Source of the DNA: Candidatus Nomurabacteria bacterium
GTDB lineage: Bacteria; Patescibacteriota; Minisyncoccia; Phycocordibacterales; SBAW01
DNA: 60,712 bases
Reading direction: 5' to 3'
Assembly (NCBI GenBank): GCA_943356415.1
Contig: CALREW010000001.1
Location: 289,900 to 350,611 of the forward strand
The notes below the pieces were generated by a model. That model was not told where the DNA came from and did no database searches. It saw only the letters and a program-made list of their open reading frames with translations. Positions 26,804-37,002 of the stretch are shown piece after piece. The position numbers and the translations under genes were made by a program. Within the stretch, counting starts at the first letter, position 1. Each line of letters begins with the position of its first letter.

Positions 26804-27448
26804 TTATGCCTCTTCAACAGGAGCTTCCTCCTCTTCCTTCTTACCGCGTTCAACGGACGTCTCGATGGCGCTTAGGTCAACAGGTGCGGCCGGTTCCTCA
26901 GGCTCATCCTTAGCGGTGTCTATCATCGCAACAAGTTCATCACCATCAAGCTGTAGTACTGCAGATTTCGGAAGCGTAAGGTCAGCAATCTTTACTTGAC
27001 TATCAAGCGTTGCGAGTGCAGAAATATCAACTTCAATCTCGTGAGGAAGTTCAGACGGATCAACTTCAATTTCAAGTTCGTGCATAACCTTAACCAAAAT
27101 ACCCCCGAGATCTTTCACCGCAGCAGAGACGCCAACGAAAGAAAGTGGCACCGAAACGGTCACCTTCTGACCCTTCTCAATCACATAAAAGTCGGCATGA
27201 CGGAGCGCGCCAGTTACCGGGTCCATATCAATATCATGGATGAGCGCCTGCTTGGGCTCTCCGAGACCCGAGAGCTCAATAACCGTTGACTCCCCTGCAG
27301 CCTTAAAAAGCTTGTCGAAATCCTTAAGGTTTACCTCAATCGGGGTCGAAGTTTCGCTACGGCCATAGATGACCGCAGGAAGGACGCCCTTGGCGCGAAG
27401 GGCTTGGGCTTTGCCTGTTGAGCGCTTGCGTACAGCAAGAGTAAGCAT
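26804..27448 (-). CDS. rplY: 50S ribosomal protein L25/Ctc
   Basis: LR.KG.LPAVIYG, DPVTG..RHADFY, LPHEIEVDIS; start at MLTL (27448). Confidence 0.96.
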   Translation of the reverse strand: MLTLAVRKRSTGKAQALRAKGVLPAVIYGRSETSTPIEVNLKDFDKLFKAAGESTVIELSGLGEPKQALIHDIDMDPVTGALRHADFYVIEKGQKVTVSVPLSFVGVSAAVKDLGGILVKVMHELEIEVDPSELPHEIEVDISALATLDSQVKIADLTLPKSAVLQLDGDELVAMIDTAKDEPEEPAAPVDLSAIETSVERGKKEEEEAPVEEA

Positions 27449-27493
27449 GCGGCGCATACTACAGAAAAATAGCTCAGAGGGCAAGCGCCCGCG

Positions 27494-28060
27494 CTACTGG
27501 CAAACGTACGCTGAGGTTGCGCCCGCGCTTCTAACCGGAGAAGCACCCAACTGACATCTCACGACCTGGCAGTACGTATATGCTGATGCAAAATCTGAAT
27601 TAACGACAAGCGAGCCGCTTGCACAGGATTCACCCGTTCCTTCAAGAGCGTAACGGATGTAATAACCATTACATGAGCTATCAGAGCACGCGTAGTTATA
27701 CCCGGTATACGTATCAAGCCCTCCTTCGTCTCCCGCTGGTGGTTCACCGCTGACGACTCCTCTAAACTGTGACAACAACGTATCGTCTCCGGCAATGCCG
27801 CCAAAGCACGTTTGGCTCGAGGTGCGGCCAAGACAGCGGTATGACGTGAGCGAGCCCGGGTACTGTCCGGCTGCATCAAAATAAATTTCGGCTGCTTTTG
27901 TATACGTGTTTACTTCTTGCAAACGGTTGGCGTTACGAGAGCGCACCCGCGCAATAGTAAGAGAGGAAACGACCACGGCTGATATAAGACCGATGATGGA
28001 AATAACAACAAGGAGTTCGAGGAGAGTAAAACCTGATGTCCGGGTGTGAGATGTATTCAT
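27494..28060 (-). CDS. Type IV pilin-like protein (prepilin cleavage/methylation motif)
   Basis: SG|FTLLELLVVISIIGLISAVV; ARVRSRNANRL; Cys-rich C-terminus. Confidence 0.9.
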   Translation of the reverse strand: MNTSHTRTSGFTLLELLVVISIIGLISAVVVSSLTIARVRSRNANRLQEVNTYTKAAEIYFDAAGQYPGSLTSYRCLGRTSSQTCFGGIAGDDTLLSQFRGVVSGEPPAGDEGGLDTYTGYNYACSDSSCNGYYIRYALEGTGESCASGSLVVNSDFASAYTYCQVVRCQLGASPVRSAGATSAYVCQ

Positions 28061-28070
28061 GGCGTACCTA

Positions 28071-28325
28071 TTATCGCCCACGCATGATTTCAAGCTGTAT
28101 TTCATCACGCTGCGCTGGAGTAAGTTTTGGCGGTGCTTTGGTTATATTCAAATAGAGATACGCAGTAAGTCCTAGCGCAATAAGTATTGCAAGAACCATC
28201 ACCCACTGAACCGTTGCCTGAGTCTTTCCGAGACCCAACTTCATAAAATAACTCGTCACCGCACCTACTTGCTGCGGGCGTTGTGTCGCCTTTATTGACC
28301 GACCCTCTTCAAATTCAACTCCCAT
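28071..28325 (-). CDS. Small single-TM hypothetical protein
   Basis: 84 aa with one hydrophobic helix, co-oriented with neighbours. Confidence 0.65.
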   Translation of the reverse strand: MGVEFEEGRSIKATQRPQQVGAVTSYFMKLGLGKTQATVQWVMVLAILIALGLTAYLYLNITKAPPKLTPAQRDEIQLEIMRGR

Positions 28326-28374
28326 AGGCTTTAATCAAAGCACGCCCTTCTCTTTAACGACAGCTCGCAATCCC

Positions 28375-29241
28375 CTAGAGCGAAACACGGTTGCTAAAAA
28401 GCATGATGCGACGATAGGCCACCTCCTCAACTGCATCGGCACCTGCTTTCAAAAACCTGTACGGCGCGACTTCTTCCGCATCGGCAGCAAGCCCCGCGTC
28501 GAGACCTTTGCGATATGCAACACGCAATTCTGTGTTGATATGCACCATACGGATACCTGCTTTGATAGCTGCGACAAAGTCTTCATCCAGTGTTCCTGAG
28601 CCACCGTGCAGCACGAGCGGCACCGAAGAGGCTGCGGCAAGTGCTTCAATACGACGTATGGAGAGTCGCGGCTCACCGCTCGCGATAATGCCGTGCACAT
28701 TCCCAACCGAAGGCGCAATGAGGTTCACCTGCGTTTCAGCAATAAAGCGTGAGAGTTCTTCAGGCGATGTCATGGCCTCTTCAGTGATAGCAACCCCCTC
28801 TGGCAGGGTCGCGTGAATCTTCGACGACGTACCGATGTAGCCAAGCTCTCCTTCTACTAACACTTCTTTTTCAGACCCCTTTGCATACGCTGCAAGTGCG
28901 CGCGTCATTGCGATATTTTCATCAAAACTGAGTTTTGCTCCATCGATGATGACTGAATCGAATCCGAGATCAATAGCGTGCTTTGCTCGTTCAATGCTGT
29001 AACTGTGATCGGCGTTAAGGTATACCCGCGCTCCTTCGTCGCGCGCCGCTTTAACCATGCCCGCCAAAACACCCATACCTATGAACTCGCCTTCTCCTTC
29101 AGAAACACCAATCGCAACCGGTTCATCTGCTCGTTTTGCTGCTCTCAGTACCGCATTAAATTGCGTCGAATCGGATACATTGAAATGTGCGATAGCCGAG
29201 CCATTGTCGCGTGCGCGTGCGAATTCATCTTTAAGCGTCAT
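28375..29241 (-). CDS. fba: Class II fructose-bisphosphate aldolase
   Basis: AHFN, NADH, DSV.ID, EGELG, GNVHG, VLHGGSG. Confidence 0.95.
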   Translation of the reverse strand: MTLKDEFARARDNGSAIAHFNVSDSTQFNAVLRAAKRADEPVAIGVSEGEGEFIGMGVLAGMVKAARDEGARVYLNADHSYSIERAKHAIDLGFDSVIIDGAKLSFDENIAMTRALAAYAKGSEKEVLVEGELGYIGTSSKIHATLPEGVAITEEAMTSPEELSRFIAETQVNLIAPSVGNVHGIIASGEPRLSIRRIEALAAASSVPLVLHGGSGTLDEDFVAAIKAGIRMVHINTELRVAYRKGLDAGLAADAEEVAPYRFLKAGADAVEEVAYRRIMLFSNRVSL

Positions 29242-29260
29242 AGGACTATTTTATCACGCA

Positions 29261-29289
29261 AAGAGGCGGGCCGCGCAGGCCCGCCTCTT
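29261..29289 (-). terminator. Intrinsic terminator
   Basis: Perfect 12-bp stem AAGAGGCGGGCC/GGCCCGCCTCTT after the 29302 stop. Confidence 0.75.
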
Positions 29290-29301
29290 CGAACCAGGAG
29301 T

Positions 29302-29679
29302 TCACCACTCGTGATCATCAACCTTCTTGAGGTCATACAAGAGACCCAAGGTCCCATTGTACTGATCGCGATACCGCACCACTTCCTTCGGCATTCCCAG
29401 AGATGCCGGATCAGTGATGACAATGCCGAGACTCCCACTCAATTTCTCGCGACGCTTTGCGCCGCCGACACGCACCGCCTCAAGACCCGCGTGCCTGCCA
29501 TGCAGCACGGCGGATGCAACGTGGCAGAGGATTCTTCGATTTTCCTTGTTCGGAACCCCTTTCACAAAAGGTGGCCGAACCCAGACGAAACATCCGCTTC
29601 TTGCCACAATGAATGGCAGCCCGTCTGCAATTTTGGCGACTGGAAGCGCCGGGTAGTCGACCGTTTCGTTGTCGGCCAT
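29302..29679 (-). CDS. Hypothetical protein (GC-richer orphan)
   Basis: 125-aa ORF with its own terminator, inserted between fba and the kinase. Confidence 0.55.
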   Translation of the reverse strand: MADNETVDYPALPVAKIADGLPFIVARSGCFVWVRPPFVKGVPNKENRRILCHVASAVLHGRHAGLEAVRVGGAKRREKLSGSLGIVITDPASLGMPKEVVRYRDQYNGTLGLLYDLKKVDDHEW

Positions 29680-29726
29680 TACATGTCACCCCAAAAAAAC
29701 TCAACCGTCCGTAGTATACTTTCAGC

Positions 29727-30725
29727 ATGTTTTGGAGCAAGAAAATTGACATCCTTGCCATTGGCGACACGACCGTTGACGCATTCATCCGTATCAAAGA
29801 CGCGCACCTCAATTGCAACGTTAACCGTGAATCCTGTGAGATTTGTTTCCGGTTTGCAGACAAAGTGCCGTACGAATCGGTAACCGTCGTAGCGGGCGTT
29901 GGTAACGCTGCCAATGCATCCGTCTCTGCAGCCCGTTTAGGCCTCAAAAGTGCTTTTCTTGGTGTGGTTGGTGAAGACAGAAACGGCCGAGAATGCATCG
30001 ATGCGCTAAAGAAAAGCGGCGTCGACGTGCGCTATATGACGGTCGAGAAAGGTAAGGAGACCAACTATCACTATGTGCTGTGGTACGAAGCAGATCGCAC
30101 CATTCTCATCAAACACCAGGAGTACACGTACACCATTCCTCGCGGCATTGCCCCATCATGGGTATATCTCTCTTCGCTCGGTGAAAATTCGCTTCCCTAC
30201 CACCGGGAACTTGCAACCTATCTCCGCGATAACCAAGAAGTGAAGCTGGCATTTCAGCCTGGCACGTTTCAAATGAAGCTCGGCACCGAGGCGCTAAAAG
30301 ATATTTATGCGCGCACTGAAGTTTTTTTCTGCAACGTTGAAGAGGCGCAGCGGATTCTTAAAACAGAATCTCGCGATATTCAGGAGCTACTCTCAGGTGT
30401 ACGCACGCTCGGGCCTCGTATCGCCGTTATTACTGACGGACGCAACGGTGCCTACGCAAGCGACGGCACGCTACGCATCCAGCAACCAATGTATCCCGAC
30501 CGCAAAGAGCCAGTGGAGCGCACCGGAGCAGGCGACGCGCTTGCCTCCACCGTTGTCTCGGCGCTCTGTCTTGGTAAACCTCTTGAAGAAGCGCTTGCCT
30601 GGGGTCCCATTAACTCAATGGCGGTCGTTGAAGAGATAGGCGCCCAAAAAGGATTGCTGGATCGCCCTGCGTTATTGAAACTTCTCGCGGCAGCGCCTAG
30701 CGATTATCGCGGCTCACGGCTATAA
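29727..30725 (+). CDS. PfkB/ribokinase-family carbohydrate kinase
   Basis: GG-like AGVGNAAN, RLGL, ITDGRNGA, ERTGAGD. Confidence 0.92.
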   Translation: MFWSKKIDILAIGDTTVDAFIRIKDAHLNCNVNRESCEICFRFADKVPYESVTVVAGVGNAANASVSAARLGLKSAFLGVVGEDRNGRECIDALKKSGVDVRYMTVEKGKETNYHYVLWYEADRTILIKHQEYTYTIPRGIAPSWVYLSSLGENSLPYHRELATYLRDNQEVKLAFQPGTFQMKLGTEALKDIYARTEVFFCNVEEAQRILKTESRDIQELLSGVRTLGPRIAVITDGRNGAYASDGTLRIQQPMYPDRKEPVERTGAGDALASTVVSALCLGKPLEEALAWGPINSMAVVEEIGAQKGLLDRPALLKLLAAAPSDYRGSRL

Positions 30726-30733
30726 TCTTCGCG

Positions 30734-31312
30734 ATGCTTCTTACGATTACCGGTCCCTCTGCCTCTGGCAAAACATCTCTTGCGCGCGCACTGATGACTC
30801 GAGTGCCGGCTATGACTATGCTACGTTCGGTTACCACTCGCGCATCCCGCCCTTCTGATTTGTTAGGTGAGTACCACTACGCGTCTGGAGTCGAGTTTGA
30901 CCAGCTCTTAACTGACCACGAATTTCTCTGGATGGTTGAGGTGCATGGCAACCGCTACGGTACACGCAAAGAAGATGTACGCGGAGCCGTCGAGCATGGC
31001 GGCATTATTTTGGGCATCCTTACGGTTGAAGCCACAAAACAACTACGCGAGTATTTAACGTCACTCGGCAAAGAAGACGAGTTGACGAGTGTCTACCTCG
31101 ATATATCCGATGAAGAATTGCTCCTCAAGCGCCTAATGAAGCGCGGGGACAGTCGTGAAGATATCGAATTGCGCATCAAACAGTGCCGCAGTTGGGCACA
31201 GGAACGCGACCGCTCCGGCGTTCCCTATATTATTTATGACGCCTCAGAGACGAGCGACGCACTCTCGGAGCGCGTGCTTTCTTTACTTGAAACCGAACAT
31301 CGTAAGGCGTGA
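30734..31312 (+). CDS. gmk: Guanylate kinase
   Basis: GPSASGKT P-loop, SVTTRASRP, V.VHGNRYGT. Confidence 0.85.
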   Translation: MLLTITGPSASGKTSLARALMTRVPAMTMLRSVTTRASRPSDLLGEYHYASGVEFDQLLTDHEFLWMVEVHGNRYGTRKEDVRGAVEHGGIILGILTVEATKQLREYLTSLGKEDELTSVYLDISDEELLLKRLMKRGDSREDIELRIKQCRSWAQERDRSGVPYIIYDASETSDALSERVLSLLETEHRKA

Positions 31313-31315
31313 ATC

Positions 31316-31555
31316 CTAATTCCCCGCCTCCTCTTCACGCACAAATCGCGGATGAAGCGTTCCTTCTGGACTCTTTGCTTCTCCAAGAAATGACTCTTTG
31401 GAGCGCACCCACATTTTTGAAACAGGATTATCGTAGAGCGCTTCGTACATAACAAACTCTTCAAGCGTCTTTACGTGCTTACCAACGGCAACAAGGCGGT
31501 ACCGCGTATTTGTTTTTACATGGCGGTACACCGCACCAACAACAAGGGGCATCAT
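31316..31555 (-). CDS. DUF1653-like protein
   Basis: G.VYRH.K...Y......H..T.EE.V.Y.ALY....MWVR....F pattern. Confidence 0.85.
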   Translation of the reverse strand: MMPLVVGAVYRHVKTNTRYRLVAVGKHVKTLEEFVMYEALYDNPVSKMWVRSKESFLGEAKSPEGTLHPRFVREEEAGN

Positions 31556-31740
31556 TTTTGTTCCGTTACCGTGGCGCGACCATACGCCTGTTCAAACGCC
31601 TCATCAACTCTGTCAGCAAGTGTTTTGAAATAACCTATTCGTTCGTCGACAAAATTGCTCGTAAAGTACACTACCGCAAGCGTCATAGCGGCAAGCAATG
31701 CGACGGCATAACGTGGATTTAAATATCGATCCCTAGGCAT
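31552..31740 (-). CDS. Small single-TM hypothetical protein
   Basis: Overlaps both neighbours by 4-8 bp (coupling-like); one TM. Confidence 0.55.
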   Translation of the reverse strand: MPRDRYLNPRYAVALLAAMTLAVVYFTSNFVDERIGYFKTLADRVDEAFEQAYGRATVTEQK

Positions 31741-32719
31741 CGCGTTTACGATGATACGCCTTTCGCGCCGCTGCCGCTATATAGGCAGCACTAAGACCGT
31801 ATTCGGTCAAAAGTTCCGACGGCGTGCCTGATTGTCCAAACCGATCCGACACTCCCACTAACTCAAGTGGCATCGGCGCAAAGGTGCCGAGACATTGGGC
31901 CACAGCAGAGCCAAATCCTCCGCGCAACTGGTGCTCTTCAACCGTGACAACTGCACCTGCCCGTTCAGCTTGTTTGAGTATCCCCGGTATATCAAGCGGT
32001 TTCAGGGTGTGGACATTTAAAACCGTAACAGCAAAATCATTTGCGAGTGCTTTTGCGGCAATAAGCGCTTGAGACACCAACGTACCCGTTGCAACAATAG
32101 CCACGTCTGGCTTTGCTGCATCAAGAAGCAAGTTTGCCTTCCCGAGAACAAACGGGGTGCGTTCAGTCGTTACGTTTGGCGACGTTTCGCGGGAGAAACG
32201 TAGGTACACGGGGCCATCATGCATTGCTGCTGCAAGTGTCGCTTTGCGCGCTTCAAGTGCGTCGGCAGGATTTATAACGGTCATATTCGGTAGCATGCAC
32301 ATAAGACCCAAGTCTTCGAGCATCTGATGGGTAGCGCCATCAGGACCGACGGAAATACCTGCATGCATACCAGCGATAATGACCTTCTGTCGATTGAGGG
32401 CGATCGTGGTTCGTATCTGTTCGTAGTTTCGCCCAGGAGAAAACGCAGCATACGATGCGACAAACGGAACTTTTCCCATCGCGGCAAACCCAGATGCCAG
32501 TGCGGCAAGATTCTGTTCAGCCACCCCAACTTCGATATAGCGGTCAGGATATTTTTCTTTAAAGGCAAGGGTGCGTGTTGACTCTGCCAAGTCAGCACAC
32601 AGTACAATTACGCGCGGATCGCTCTCACCAAGCGAAAGAAGTGCATCACCGAACCCGTCGCGCGTTGCGCGTTCTTTTTCATCTTTATGTTTTCTAAGTG
32701 GGACGTTTCTCTGAGGCAT
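31733..32719 (-). CDS. tkt: Transketolase, C-terminal subunit
   Basis: ATRDGFG, GVAEQN, GPDGATHQ, EEHQ..GGFG. Confidence 0.95.
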   Translation of the reverse strand: MPQRNVPLRKHKDEKERATRDGFGDALLSLGESDPRVIVLCADLAESTRTLAFKEKYPDRYIEVGVAEQNLAALASGFAAMGKVPFVASYAAFSPGRNYEQIRTTIALNRQKVIIAGMHAGISVGPDGATHQMLEDLGLMCMLPNMTVINPADALEARKATLAAAMHDGPVYLRFSRETSPNVTTERTPFVLGKANLLLDAAKPDVAIVATGTLVSQALIAAKALANDFAVTVLNVHTLKPLDIPGILKQAERAGAVVTVEEHQLRGGFGSAVAQCLGTFAPMPLELVGVSDRFGQSGTPSELLTEYGLSAAYIAAAARKAYHRKRDA

Positions 32720-32721
32720 AG

Positions 32722-33579
32722 CTATTCGTGTTCACCGCGCACCTTACCTCGCAAGCTTCTCAATTCTCGCAAAAATACCGCGGCCTCCTGTGCACTCGGC
32801 GGTTTTCCGTGCCAGCGGTAATCGAATTCTATTTCCGAAACACCCTTACCTGGTATGGTGTGGGCAATGATAACCGTTGGTTTTTCATAAATCGCTTTCG
32901 CCTCATCCACCGCATCGCATATCGCTTCAATATTGTGACCATCAACATCAAGGACGTGCCAGCCGAACGCTTGATATTTTGAACGGAGCGGCTCAAGAGG
33001 CATGACCGATTCGGTCATGCCGTTTATCTGGATATTGTTTCTATCAATAATGGCCGTAAGGTTCGAGAGGCGATTTGCACCCACGAACATCGCTGCCTCC
33101 CAAATATTGCCCGCGTCTTGTTCCCCATCAGACATGAAGCAATAAACTCTCATTTTTTGGTTATCCATCCGTGCGGCATACGCCATACCCGCCGCTTGCG
33201 AGAGGCCCGAGCCAAGCGGACCCGATGTTGTCTCAAGTCCGGGCAGACGGGTTCTCTCCGGATGTCCCTGGAGACGACTGCCAAATTTCCTCAGCGTGAG
33301 AAGTTCTTTGACAGGAAAATAGCCGGCGTGAGCCATAGTGGCATACCTCACCGGGACAATGTGTCCATTTGAAAGGACAAGCCTATCTCTATCTTTCCAT
33401 TCAGGTTTCTTCGGATTGTGATTGAGGATATGAAAATAAAAGGCAGCAAATACATCGGCCATACCTAAAGGACCTGCGGTATGCCCCGAACCCGCGGCAA
33501 CAAGCATCTCAATGATGCTCGCGCGGATTTTTGCGGCCATTGTTTCAATACGCAGGACCTGCGCATCAGTAACGCTCAT
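32722..33579 (-). CDS. tkt: Transketolase, N-terminal (ThDP-binding) subunit
   Basis: SGH, RDRLVLSNGH, LQGHP, TSGPLGSG, SDGE...WEA...N..IDRN. Confidence 0.95.
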   Translation of the reverse strand: MSVTDAQVLRIETMAAKIRASIIEMLVAAGSGHTAGPLGMADVFAAFYFHILNHNPKKPEWKDRDRLVLSNGHIVPVRYATMAHAGYFPVKELLTLRKFGSRLQGHPERTRLPGLETTSGPLGSGLSQAAGMAYAARMDNQKMRVYCFMSDGEQDAGNIWEAAMFVGANRLSNLTAIIDRNNIQINGMTESVMPLEPLRSKYQAFGWHVLDVDGHNIEAICDAVDEAKAIYEKPTVIIAHTIPGKGVSEIEFDYRWHGKPPSAQEAAVFLRELRSLRGKVRGEHE

Positions 33580-33633
33580 AGCACTAGTATAGGCGATGCC
33601 AGCATGCTCGCGGATACGCGCTGTGCATTGAGA

Positions 33634-34326
33634 TTACTGCGTGTGAGCGTTTACCGTCGTTCGCAGTATTCGATAGTTTTCTTTAGCGTCACCCTCAAAT
33701 ATAAAAGAGCCAGCAACCAATCTCGATGCGCCAGCCTCGACAAGCGCAGGACCCGTTATATCGTCAACGCCACCATCGACTGAAATGATATGTGAAGGAA
33801 ACCGGTCGCGCATCTCACGGACGCGTGCGAGTGTGCGGGAATCAAATGGTTCACCTTGTTTGCCGATATGTGAAATGCCCATAACTTGAATGAAACTTCC
33901 AAGGTGGGCGAGGCTGTCGAGTTTCTCTATTGGGGTGTCGAGTGAAATGGCGAGTCCAACTTCGACACTCGCCTCGCCTTCACGATATATCTGGAGTGCT
34001 TCAAGTGCGCCGCGATCATCAGGACTTTCTATATGGATGACGATACGCGAAGCCCCGGCGCGCACCCACTCGAGCGCTGCTTCTTTTGATGCCTCAACCA
34101 TCAAATCGACTTCAAATTCAAAGTCTTCCCACTGCGGCATTCCCTCTTCTTCGCGCAAGATCCGCTCAAACGAATCTCGATCACGATATGGCCAGGTCGC
34201 CATAGGAGCAAATACTCCGTCGACGACATCTATTTGCACCGCACGCGCAAATCCTTTCACGCGCTCAAGATGCGATACAAGTTCGTCGAAGGTCGCAGGC
34301 AATATCGCAGGGATGATTTCTCTCAT
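33634..34326 (-). CDS. rpe: Ribulose-phosphate 3-epimerase
   Basis: IPAIL, QIDVVDG.F, DLMV, ISVDGG, LVAGS. Confidence 0.9.
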   Translation of the reverse strand: MREIIPAILPATFDELVSHLERVKGFARAVQIDVVDGVFAPMATWPYRDRDSFERILREEEGMPQWEDFEFEVDLMVEASKEAALEWVRAGASRIVIHIESPDDRGALEALQIYREGEASVEVGLAISLDTPIEKLDSLAHLGSFIQVMGISHIGKQGEPFDSRTLARVREMRDRFPSHIISVDGGVDDITGPALVEAGASRLVAGSFIFEGDAKENYRILRTTVNAHTQ

Positions 34327-34760
34327 TGCTCCAGTTTTCCTAGTCGACGCATATGCCGTTCATCGTGACCAAATGGGGTGTCAATAAACATCCGAATTGC
34401 TTCTTCAGCCTCACCGCTCTCAATAAAACGTGCGCCGAGACTCAAAATATTTGCGTTGTTATGTTCGCGTGCAAGTCGTACGACGTCCAGATTGCCGCCG
34501 TAATACACTGCAGCGCGTGCGCCAAGTACTCGGTTGGCCGCGATTGCTTCCCCTTGCCCTGATCCTCCAATAACAATGCCGAGACTCCCTCCTTTGGCCA
34601 CCTCGCGCGCCAGCGGAAAAATAAAGTCAGGGTAATCGTCCTGCGGGTCAAGCGTGTGAGCACCTAAATCTACCGCTTGGTGCCCCAGAAGATTGAGATA
34701 CGGCACCAATGCGTGCTTGAGTTCAAAACCCGCATGATCCGAGGCTACATAGACTTTCAT
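34323..34760 (-). CDS. rpiB: Ribose-5-phosphate isomerase B
   Basis: ASDHAG, DDYPD, GGSGQG, REHNNAN, RH.RR. Confidence 0.95.
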   Translation of the reverse strand: MKVYVASDHAGFELKHALVPYLNLLGHQAVDLGAHTLDPQDDYPDFIFPLAREVAKGGSLGIVIGGSGQGEAIAANRVLGARAAVYYGGNLDVVRLAREHNNANILSLGARFIESGEAEEAIRMFIDTPFGHDERHMRRLGKLEQ

Positions 34761-34779
34761 AGCCTTAGTTTAGCGCTTT

Positions 34780-34989
34780 TTATTGAAAGAGGTAGGAGAG
34801 GAGCAGACACAACGCAGCACCCCAAAAGAGCGTCCAAAATGCCTGGTACTTTAAACCATGCCATTCAGGCCAAAAATGTAACTTCCGTTTGAGGAAAAAA
34901 TGTTCCCATCCGAACAAGTAAATAATGTGAATAAGTAGGTCGTACGCAACCATACCTACCAGAAAATACAGCAGGAATTCTTTACTCAT
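34780..34989 (-). CDS. Small two-TM hypothetical protein
   Basis: 69 aa, tightly packed between gap and rpiB. Confidence 0.6.
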   Translation of the reverse strand: MSKEFLLYFLVGMVAYDLLIHIIYLFGWEHFFLKRKLHFWPEWHGLKYQAFWTLFWGAALCLLLSYLFQ

Positions 34990-34992
34990 CGC

Positions 34993-36045
34993 CTACGTCA
35001 AACGCCTGGCCGCTGAGCGCACATGCCGAAGCAGTGTATGCGCGTACCCCATTTCGTTGTCATACCAGGCAAGCACTTTTACCAAATTTCCTCCCACCAC
35101 ACGTGTAAAGGCGAGGTCAGCGATAGCTGCATGTGGTTCACCAATAATATCCCCCGATACGAGGTCTTCTTTTGTAACCGCAAATATTCCCTTCCAACGC
35201 TCTTCAGTTGCCGCCTGCTCAAGCATTAAATTCACCTCTTCCGCCGTTGTGTCTCGCGAGCTTACAAACGTGATGTCGACGAGCGATCCAGTTATTACCG
35301 GCACGCGAATGGAGATGCCGTCAAACTTTGAGACAAGCGAAGGGTAGGCTTTCGTTACTGCAACAGCAGCACCCGTTGATGACGGGACGATATTCTGCGC
35401 TGCTGCGCGACCGCGTCTGAAATCGCTTCCTTTTACTGGAGAATCGACAATCGACTGCGTCGCCGTATAGGCATGCACTGTTGAAAGTAGTGCCTTCTCA
35501 ACACCGAGACGATCGCCCAGTATTGCGATAAGGGGACTCGCAGCGTTGGTGGTGCACGAAGCGTTTGAACTTACTTCGCATGTGGAAAGACGCTCTTCGT
35601 TGAGGCCTACAAGTACGGTCGCGCCGTTTTGCGCCTCGTCTTTTACCGGAGCTGTAATGACCACATGAGACGCGCCACCGCGCAAATGCCCGCTCGCTTT
35701 TTCATAGCTTTCAAAAACACCCGTTGATTCCACAACTACTGAAACGCCTAAGCTTTTCCACGGTATAGCCGCTGGATCTTTTTCTGATATCACCTGAACT
35801 TTCTTGCGCCCTGCCATAAGAAATCCTTCACCGTGTGTCACCGCAAAGTCTGCTTTGCGGTACGCAGAGTCATACTGCAATAGATACGCGAGGTTCTTTA
35901 CGTCGCCCAAATCGTTGATTGCAACGATATCGATATCTTTTTGTGTTTGTGCTGCGCGAAAAAACGCACGCCCGATACGTCCAAATCCGTTTATACCTAC
36001 GGTTACTTTTTCTCCAGCCCCGAACGCGGTGAGCAGACTTTTCAT
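34993..36045 (-). CDS. gap: Glyceraldehyde-3-phosphate dehydrogenase (type I)
   Basis: GINGFGRIGR, ESTG, SNASCTTN, TVHAYTATQ, WYDNEMGY; start at MKSL (36045). Confidence 0.97.
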   Translation of the reverse strand: MKSLLTAFGAGEKVTVGINGFGRIGRAFFRAAQTQKDIDIVAINDLGDVKNLAYLLQYDSAYRKADFAVTHGEGFLMAGRKKVQVISEKDPAAIPWKSLGVSVVVESTGVFESYEKASGHLRGGASHVVITAPVKDEAQNGATVLVGLNEERLSTCEVSSNASCTTNAASPLIAILGDRLGVEKALLSTVHAYTATQSIVDSPVKGSDFRRGRAAAQNIVPSSTGAAVAVTKAYPSLVSKFDGISIRVPVITGSLVDITFVSSRDTTAEEVNLMLEQAATEERWKGIFAVTKEDLVSGDIIGEPHAAIADLAFTRVVGGNLVKVLAWYDNEMGYAHTLLRHVRSAARRLT

Positions 36046-36096
36046 ACCTTTATTGTACTGCCTCAAAGGTCAGCACGAGCACAATCTCCACACGCA

Positions 36097-36996
36097 CTAT
36101 TGCGCAGGAGTAGTTGACGCTTCAACCGTCGTACCACTTCCAACAATCACCGTACGAGTAGCCGTACCGACATGTCCCGCGCCGTCAGTAGCCTTATAGG
36201 TGATGACGTAGGTAGCATCGCTCGTAGTAGGTATTTTAATTTGCGAAACTTCTACCCCATCAAGGAGCGTCTTATACCCTAAATCTGCCCCAGAATCATC
36301 GGTCACCAGTACGCCGAGGTCAGCGTATACCTCTCCGAAACTGAGGCGTGCAGGGTTGTTTCCAAGCACTTGTAATTGCGGAGCGCCCGCACCTCCAGTT
36401 GCTTGAATACCCGTATGAGGCTCTTCTTGGGACGCAACGCCTCCTGCAGAATCTGCTGGTGGTGGAACGTATTCCGGTACGACTTCAGTACGATCGTCGA
36501 TAAAGGTACCAATAAGACCGCTATACGTTACGGCAACAGTCTTTTGTGTCACTTCCTTGCGTTCTATCCCCTGAACTTCAACAAGGAGTGCCATCTCACG
36601 GTCAACGCGCTGCTTGAGTTCGCGGGTTACATAAAAACCGAGGCTCCCTCCTTCAAGTGCATCTTTCCCGACTTTCAATGTCTCTTCCTTTTCTACATCT
36701 TGCCAAACCGAATCTTTCAAATCGATGGTGCGTAGCAGGTAGTCAACATAATACGTGTCGACGTCTTCTGTTACTGCACGTATTTCAACACGTGGCGTGT
36801 ATGATGCTAAATCTTTCCCAACAATATAGGTATTGTCGATGGATTGTACCGTCTGCTGAGAGGAAAGGAGCGAGTCCGCAACGTCGCTTCGTATCTCAGG
36901 GCTCGCGGCAAGGGTCGTGCCGAAAGAAAGGAGCACGAGCGATATCACAATAGGAACCGCATTGTTGTACTTGAGGAACTTCCAAAAAGACGACAT
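36097..36996 (-). CDS. Membrane-anchored protein with C-terminal DUF5011-like Ig domain
   Basis: N-terminal TM; LGNNP..L..GEVYADLG...TY.ITY.ATD..G....ATRTV. Confidence 0.75.
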   Translation of the reverse strand: MSSFWKFLKYNNAVPIVISLVLLSFGTTLAASPEIRSDVADSLLSSQQTVQSIDNTYIVGKDLASYTPRVEIRAVTEDVDTYYVDYLLRTIDLKDSVWQDVEKEETLKVGKDALEGGSLGFYVTRELKQRVDREMALLVEVQGIERKEVTQKTVAVTYSGLIGTFIDDRTEVVPEYVPPPADSAGGVASQEEPHTGIQATGGAGAPQLQVLGNNPARLSFGEVYADLGVLVTDDSGADLGYKTLLDGVEVSQIKIPTTSDATYVITYKATDGAGHVGTATRTVIVGSGTTVEASTTPAQ

Positions 36997-37002
36997 ACCC
37001 TT

